A stretch of 64,000 nucleotides of DNA from the NCBI GenBank assembly GCA_026986575.1, contig JALSOH010000004.1, forward strand, positions 608,001 through 672,000, given 5' to 3'. The stretch's first letter is position 1, and every line of letters begins with the position of its first letter. Position numbers and translations under genes: made by a program. The notes under the pieces are model-generated. The model saw only the letters and a program-made list of their open reading frames with translations. It made no database searches and was not told where the DNA came from. Source of the DNA: Thermoproteota archaeon. GTDB lineage: Archaea > Korarchaeota > Korarchaeia > Korarchaeales > Korarchaeaceae. Of the stretch, positions 59,028-64,000 are shown in pieces.

Positions 59028-60380
59028 TTGATGCCTCCTAGTGGCCGGGAGGGTATATTGAGAATCACCTATGACAGGGGAACCTTACTGATAGAGGGAG
59101 TCAGCAAGCTCCCGCATTGCAGATATGATCCTAGGGTCGGTAAATTAAGGACTCTCGCCTACAGATACAGGGAACTAAAGGAGCTCCTAACTCATGCAAC
59201 CGATCAAGTTCTCGATCCCCTTCCTCCCCCGGATTTGACCGAGAAGGTGACTCTAAGACCCTATCAGGAGGATGCCCTTAACTCTTGGTTGCGGAAGAGG
59301 AGGGGGATAATAGTCCTCCCTACGGGAGCAGGCAAGACGTACATAGCGCTTAAGGCGATGGAAATACTGAGAGAGCCGACTCTAATCATCGTTCCTACCC
59401 TTCCGCTGCTCGAACAGTGGAAAGATTTGATTGAATCGATCTACGGTATAAAGGTCGGTGCGGTAGGCGGGGGAAGCCAAGATCTGAGGTCTGTTACTGT
59501 GATAACGTACGACTCAGCATACATCAGGGCCTCTGAGCTGGGAAACAAGTTCACCTTCTTAGTATTCGATGAAGTGCATCACTTGGCAGCTGAAGCCTAC
59601 ATAGAGATCGCAGAGTATTCTGCGGCGCCCTTCAGGATGGGGCTGACTGCCACGCTTGAGAGGGAGGATGGGAGGCACGTACTTCTCTTCCCCTTAGTGG
59701 GCGGTGTGGTTTATCAGATCTCCCCCAAAGAGTTGGCTGGCGATCACCTAGCCGAGTTCGACACGATCAGAATAAAGGTGGATCTGACGGATGAGGAGAG
59801 GGATAGATACGAGACATTGATTATGGAATACAAGAAGGCACTCAGGCAGGCCGGGATAACCATGAGGTCGCTCGAGGATTTCAGGAAACTTGTTATGAGG
59901 AGTACATCGAACAAAGCAGCTAGAAGGGCCTTACTTGCATGGAATGAGGCTAGAAAAATAGCTATAAACTCAAAGAGTAAGCTAAATGTCCTTGAGAGTC
60001 TATTAGAGAGTCACAGGGACGACAAGGTGATTATTTTTACAGAATACAACGAGATGGCCGAGGAAATAAGTAGGAGGTACCTGATACCTCTGATAACCCA
60101 CAGGACGAGTCAGAGGGAGAGGAATCGCATCTTGGACTCCTTTAGAGTGGGCTCGGTCACGAAGATAGTGACTTCGAAGATCCTAGACGAGGGTATAGAT
60201 GTGCCCGACGCCAGAGTGGGTATAGTGCTCGGAGGCACTGGCAGCAGGAGAGAGTTCATACAGAGGCTGGGCAGGATCCTCAGGAAGAGGGAGGGAAAGA
60301 GAGCCGTTCTCTACGAGGTGATATCAAAAGGAACTTCTGAGGTCAGGATATCTAGCAGGAGGAGGAAGGGATTAAGCTGA
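59028..60380 (+). CDS. xpb: XPB/Rad25-like SF2 helicase
   Basis: LRPYQ, LPTGAGKT, DEVHH, LTATLEREDG (RED motif), QRLGRILR. Confidence 0.93.
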   Translation: MMPPSGREGILRITYDRGTLLIEGVSKLPHCRYDPRVGKLRTLAYRYRELKELLTHATDQVLDPLPPPDLTEKVTLRPYQEDALNSWLRKRRGIIVLPTGAGKTYIALKAMEILREPTLIIVPTLPLLEQWKDLIESIYGIKVGAVGGGSQDLRSVTVITYDSAYIRASELGNKFTFLVFDEVHHLAAEAYIEIAEYSAAPFRMGLTATLEREDGRHVLLFPLVGGVVYQISPKELAGDHLAEFDTIRIKVDLTDEERDRYETLIMEYKKALRQAGITMRSLEDFRKLVMRSTSNKAARRALLAWNEARKIAINSKSKLNVLESLLESHRDDKVIIFTEYNEMAEEISRRYLIPLITHRTSQRERNRILDSFRVGSVTKIVTSKILDEGIDVPDARVGIVLGGTGSRREFIQRLGRILRKREGKRAVLYEVISKGTSEVRISSRRRKGLS

Positions 60381-61897
60381 TGCTTCCCTCCCAGCTGTTG
60401 AGGGCTAGGGTCAGGAAATCGGTGCTGCTTCCCCTCTGGGCAAGGGGTACTGAGGAAGAGATCGAGCTTGCTAGGGAACTGATAGCCGCATTCCAGCTGG
60501 GGGGAAGGCTCAGCGAGATACACGAGAGAGTCGAGGAGATAGAGGGGATGTACGAACTCTTGGGGGTGGACTATAGGTTTGTCAGGGGATTGGCTCTCCT
60601 CCTCGAGAGAATGAGCCAGTTCAGGAGACCCGAAACCGTCATAGAACCGGAGAAGGCGAGAGAGGTGGTGTTTCGGCTGGTCAATGTTAAATACAGTGGT
60701 TTCGTTACCGAGGAAATTAGGGATCAGGCACTGGAGGAGGCTGCCTTGGAGTTAGGGATCTCCAAGGAAGACTTAGAGGACAGCTTGTGGGCCGACTCAG
60801 ACGATTTTCAAGTGCTGATCTCTGGGCCTGAGATATCTCCTGAGGATCTCCTCAGAAAATACAACCTCTCGCTGCTCCAGACATCTCTCTTCAAGGCCCT
60901 ACACCTCAGGATAGAGACTAGGGCGACAGGATGGGAGGTTAAGGGGTTCCTCAGGGCGCTCAAGCGATTGGGCCTTATGTACACGGCGGAACGGTTTGAG
61001 AGGGGCGTGGCAATAGAGGTAAGCGGCCCCGCCTCTATACTCAAGATGACCACTAGGTACGGTACGTCCTTGGCCAAGCTGATCCCCCATGTAGTCTCTA
61101 TGTCCCACTGGAGAATCTCGGCCGAGATCTCTAGGAACAAGAGGGTGCTCTCGCTGAGATTGGATTCCAGAGCTAGGGACTTGTTCCCGAAAGGAGGCGT
61201 TGAGGAGCCCCAGTACGACAGCTCCCTCGAGAGGAGGTTCGCCTCGATAGCCGAGGCCGGCGGTTGGAGGGCCATCAGAGAGCCAGAACCCCTAGTAGCT
61301 GGGCGTTCCATCCTCATACCGGATTTCTTACTGGTGAATGGACCAGCTAAGGTTTATGTAGAGGTCATGGGCTTCTGGACCCCAGAATACATCGAGAAGA
61401 AGATCAAGAAGTTGTCCCTCTTGAAAGAACCCATACTTATCTTGGCGAGGAAGGACCTCCTTTGCTCCAGAACAGAGAACCTGCCGAAAGATGTCTTATA
61501 CATCGAGGGGCGCATCGACAAGGTGGCCCTACTGAGGAAACTCAACGAACTGGAGAGGAGGGCTATAGAAGAGATCGCACTATCGGATCGCGATCTCGAT
61601 GGAGATATCGTGGATCTCAGGTCTCTAGCGAAGAAGAGGGGTATGAGGATTGATCAGCTGAAGAGGACCCTCTCGTTGGAGAGATATGAGGTATTGGGGA
61701 ACTATGCGGTCCGGAAAGAGGTGCTGGAGTCGCTTAAGAATAGGAAACTTCCGAGAAAGGTCAAGGAGCTGAAGGCAATGCTCAGGGAGGAGGGCTTACC
61801 CGAGGATGTGGCCTTACCCTTGGCGTCGGCCTTGGGCTATGAAGTTGTGTGGCACGGGCTGGACGAGGACGAGGCCGAGCTGTACCCAGCGGATTGA
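60380..61897 (+). CDS. bax1: Bax1 (DUF790) endonuclease, XPB partner
   Basis: MLPSQLLR, YNLSLLQT, RYGTSLAKLIP, YDSSLE, IPDF, VEVMGFWTPEY. Coupled to xpb. Confidence 0.9.
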   Translation: MLPSQLLRARVRKSVLLPLWARGTEEEIELARELIAAFQLGGRLSEIHERVEEIEGMYELLGVDYRFVRGLALLLERMSQFRRPETVIEPEKAREVVFRLVNVKYSGFVTEEIRDQALEEAALELGISKEDLEDSLWADSDDFQVLISGPEISPEDLLRKYNLSLLQTSLFKALHLRIETRATGWEVKGFLRALKRLGLMYTAERFERGVAIEVSGPASILKMTTRYGTSLAKLIPHVVSMSHWRISAEISRNKRVLSLRLDSRARDLFPKGGVEEPQYDSSLERRFASIAEAGGWRAIREPEPLVAGRSILIPDFLLVNGPAKVYVEVMGFWTPEYIEKKIKKLSLLKEPILILARKDLLCSRTENLPKDVLYIEGRIDKVALLRKLNELERRAIEEIALSDRDLDGDIVDLRSLAKKRGMRIDQLKRTLSLERYEVLGNYAVRKEVLESLKNRKLPRKVKELKAMLREEGLPEDVALPLASALGYEVVWHGLDEDEAELYPAD

Positions 61898-61912
61898 GAG
61901 GAAACTTTTTAT

Positions 61913-62785
61913 ATGTCCCATTTAGGTTGGGACTGTGATGCCCTTGGAACGGACTCAGTCCTCTTAGTGGTCGATCATCCCAGACTAGAGGAGAAACTCA
62001 TTTACAACTCCTTGAGAGAAAAGGGCCTTGAAGTGGGGATCTTGAACGTGACGTCAACTCCACTACCGATAAACGGGGTGAGGGTTCCGGGGGTAGCTCT
62101 CATAAGAACAGTGGGGATGTTCAGGGGAGTCAGATCGTCTGCCGTGCTGGAATCCATGGGTTCTCACTCCATAAACAGCAGTTCGACGATAATGACCTGC
62201 GGGGACAAGGTGCTTACCTATTCAGCCCTCTCCAAACTCGGGATACCGATCCCCAAGAGCCTGCTGGCGCTGGGAAGGGACGCGGCTCTCAAGGCCTACG
62301 GGGAGTTCCAAGGCGTGGTCGTGGATAAGCCGCCCTTAGGCAGCTGGGGAAGGATGGTTTCACTCGTTAAGAGCGCGGAGATGGCGGCACAGATCGCTGA
62401 CGCGAGGGGGATGATGTCCAGCAGCGTGAGGGGGCACGTCATCCAGGAATACGTCGAGACCGGAGGTAGGGACATAAGGTGCCTCGTCTTGGGCGACAGG
62501 ATGATTGGGTGCATGGAGAGGATGGCGTCCAGAGGCTGGAAGAGCAACGTGGCGCTGGGAGGGACGGTAAGACACATCAAGGTGACTAGCGAGATAGAAG
62601 AGCTTTCCTTGAAGGCAGCGGAGGCTGTGAAGGGGGAATTCGTGGCTGTGGATCTTCTCTCCAACGAGGAGATTTTAGTGAATGAGGTCAACGGAATCCC
62701 CGAGTTCAAGGGCTTCATAAAAGCTACCGGAATCGACGTAGCCATGGAGCTCGCCTCGTACGTGTGGGAGGTGCTCAGGTCTTGA
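61913..62785 (+). CDS. lysX: LysX/ArgX ATP-grasp ligase
   Basis: TCGDKVLT, KPPLGSWGRMV, WKSNVALGG, NEVNGIPEFKG. Confidence 0.9.
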   Translation: MSHLGWDCDALGTDSVLLVVDHPRLEEKLIYNSLREKGLEVGILNVTSTPLPINGVRVPGVALIRTVGMFRGVRSSAVLESMGSHSINSSSTIMTCGDKVLTYSALSKLGIPIPKSLLALGRDAALKAYGEFQGVVVDKPPLGSWGRMVSLVKSAEMAAQIADARGMMSSSVRGHVIQEYVETGGRDIRCLVLGDRMIGCMERMASRGWKSNVALGGTVRHIKVTSEIEELSLKAAEAVKGEFVAVDLLSNEEILVNEVNGIPEFKGFIKATGIDVAMELASYVWEVLRS

Positions 62786-63804
62786 GAGTGGCCGTTTTCG
62801 GAGCTTCAGGCTATACGGGTGGGGAGCTTCTGAGGATCTTGGTCTCCCATCCGGCTTTCACTGTGACTGTGATCACATCTAGGGAGTACGCGGGTAAGCC
62901 GGTCTACATGGCGCATCCCCACCTGAAGGGGCTCCTTTCGCTGAAGTTCGTCAAGCTGGAGGAGGCCTTAAACAGGGAGTTCGATTACGCGCTCCTCGCC
63001 CTCCCTCACGGCATCTCCAAGGATGTGATCCCCTCCCTGCTTGAGAAGGGGATCGGGGTAGTCGATCTGGGGGCCGATTTCAGGCTGAAGGACCCGTCCC
63101 TCTATGAGACGTGGTACGGGTGGAAGCATCCGAATCCCGAACTGCTGGAAGAGGCGGTTTACGGACTGCCCGAGCTGCACAGGGACGAGATAAGGGATGC
63201 AAGGCTCGTAGCCTCACCGGGGTGCAACGCGACAGCCACGATACTGGCCTCCGCTCCCCTAGTTAAGCTGGGGGCGAGGAAGGTGCTAGCGGATGTCAAG
63301 GTCGGCAGCAGCGAAGCAGGATCCAAGCCATCGAGGGGAACCCACCATCCAGAGAGGAGTGGCGCCATAAGACCCTACTCAGCCTCGGGACACAGGCATC
63401 AGGTGGAGGCATCCCAAGAGCTCTCTCTGCTCGTGGGGGAGGAGGTGAGGGTCAGCATGGTACCCCACTCCGTCGGTTCCGTCAGGGGAGCCTTTGCCAG
63501 CGCGCACGCGGAGCTGGAGGTGGACGAGGGCGAGCTGTGGAGGGCATTCGCCAGGTTCTACTCCAATGAACCCTTCGTCAGGGTCATGCAGAGGGGATCA
63601 TACCCGAACGTGAAGAACGTGCTGGGAAGCAACTTCGCTGACGTGGGGTTCGCATCAGATCCCTCACTTCCTAGGGCATCGGGGTTCGCGGCGATAGACA
63701 ACCTCATGAAGGGGGCGGCGGGGCAGGCCATCCAGTCCCTCAACCTGATGGCCGGCTTGGAGGAGACCACAGGACTGATGTACCCCCCACTCAGTCCAGC
63801 GTAG
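62782..63804 (+). CDS. lysY: [LysW]-aminoadipyl/glutamyl-phosphate reductase
   Basis: GASGYTGGE, SPGCNATA, HHPER, IDNLMKGAAGQA. Confidence 0.92.
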   Translation: MRVAVFGASGYTGGELLRILVSHPAFTVTVITSREYAGKPVYMAHPHLKGLLSLKFVKLEEALNREFDYALLALPHGISKDVIPSLLEKGIGVVDLGADFRLKDPSLYETWYGWKHPNPELLEEAVYGLPELHRDEIRDARLVASPGCNATATILASAPLVKLGARKVLADVKVGSSEAGSKPSRGTHHPERSGAIRPYSASGHRHQVEASQELSLLVGEEVRVSMVPHSVGSVRGAFASAHAELEVDEGELWRAFARFYSNEPFVRVMQRGSYPNVKNVLGSNFADVGFASDPSLPRASGFAAIDNLMKGAAGQAIQSLNLMAGLEETTGLMYPPLSPA

Positions 63805-63812
63805 GTGGTGGC

Positions 63813-64000
63813 ATGATAGTCGTGAAGGTGGGAGGGAGGACCCTCGACAACTTCCCCTCCATAGCCGAGGACTTGGGGAGACATCAGCCGTTCGTGCTGG
63901 TTCACGGCGGGGGCGATCTGGTCACCGAGTACTCAAAGAGGATGGGAGTGGAGCCCAAGATAGTGGTATCGCCCTCAGGTATAAGGAGCAGGTACACCGA
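63813..64000 (+). CDS. lysZ: [LysW]-aminoadipate/glutamate kinase, 3'-truncated by window edge
   Basis: My translation: MIVVKVGG...VLVHGGGDLVTEY...VSPSGIRSRYT. Confidence 0.88.
   Translation, partial: MIVVKVGGRTLDNFPSIAEDLGRHQPFVLVHGGGDLVTEYSKRMGVEPKIVVSPSGIRSRYT

Noticed and set aside
1-64000. CRISPR arrays, tRNA/rRNA genes, transposases, integrases
   Set aside because: None seen on reading: no regularly spaced repeats, T-loop/cloverleaf or DDE/tyrosine-recombinase motifs.

Overview
A gene-dense chromosomal segment of a thermophilic archaeon. The archaeal assignment is supported by TATA/BRE-type promoters, GGAGGTGA RBSs, a box C/D sRNA, SUI1, XPB-Bax1, an ADP-forming acetyl-CoA synthetase and LysW-pathway genes. 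A Korarchaeota/Thermoproteota-like origin is my inference only. Housekeeping content includes pmbA/tldD, guaA, a K+-independent H+-PPase, cyoE, sufCB, ilvBHC, bcp, acdA, xpb-bax1 and lysXYZ. Highlights: (1) a 9-kb locus with a membrane-anchored octaheme HAO-family cytochrome (reductive, epsilon-Hao/IhOCC-like signature) and its own variant System I* Ccm machinery, including an extended CcmC and a ~1000-aa CcmF; (2) four secreted proteins share an 'LGG...AGxxRxxT' S-layer/CWB2-like module, and two giant hydrolases end in a closely similar version with a Ca-binding-like tail, a candidate surface-display system; (3) an unannotated box C/D guide RNA predicted to methylate 16S C1402; (4) an orphan structured RNA candidate; (5) several palindromic operators and decayed genes (vapBC, a Cys-tailed Lrp regulator, a DUF998 gene with an in-frame TAG). 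No tRNA, rRNA, CRISPR array or transposase was seen.
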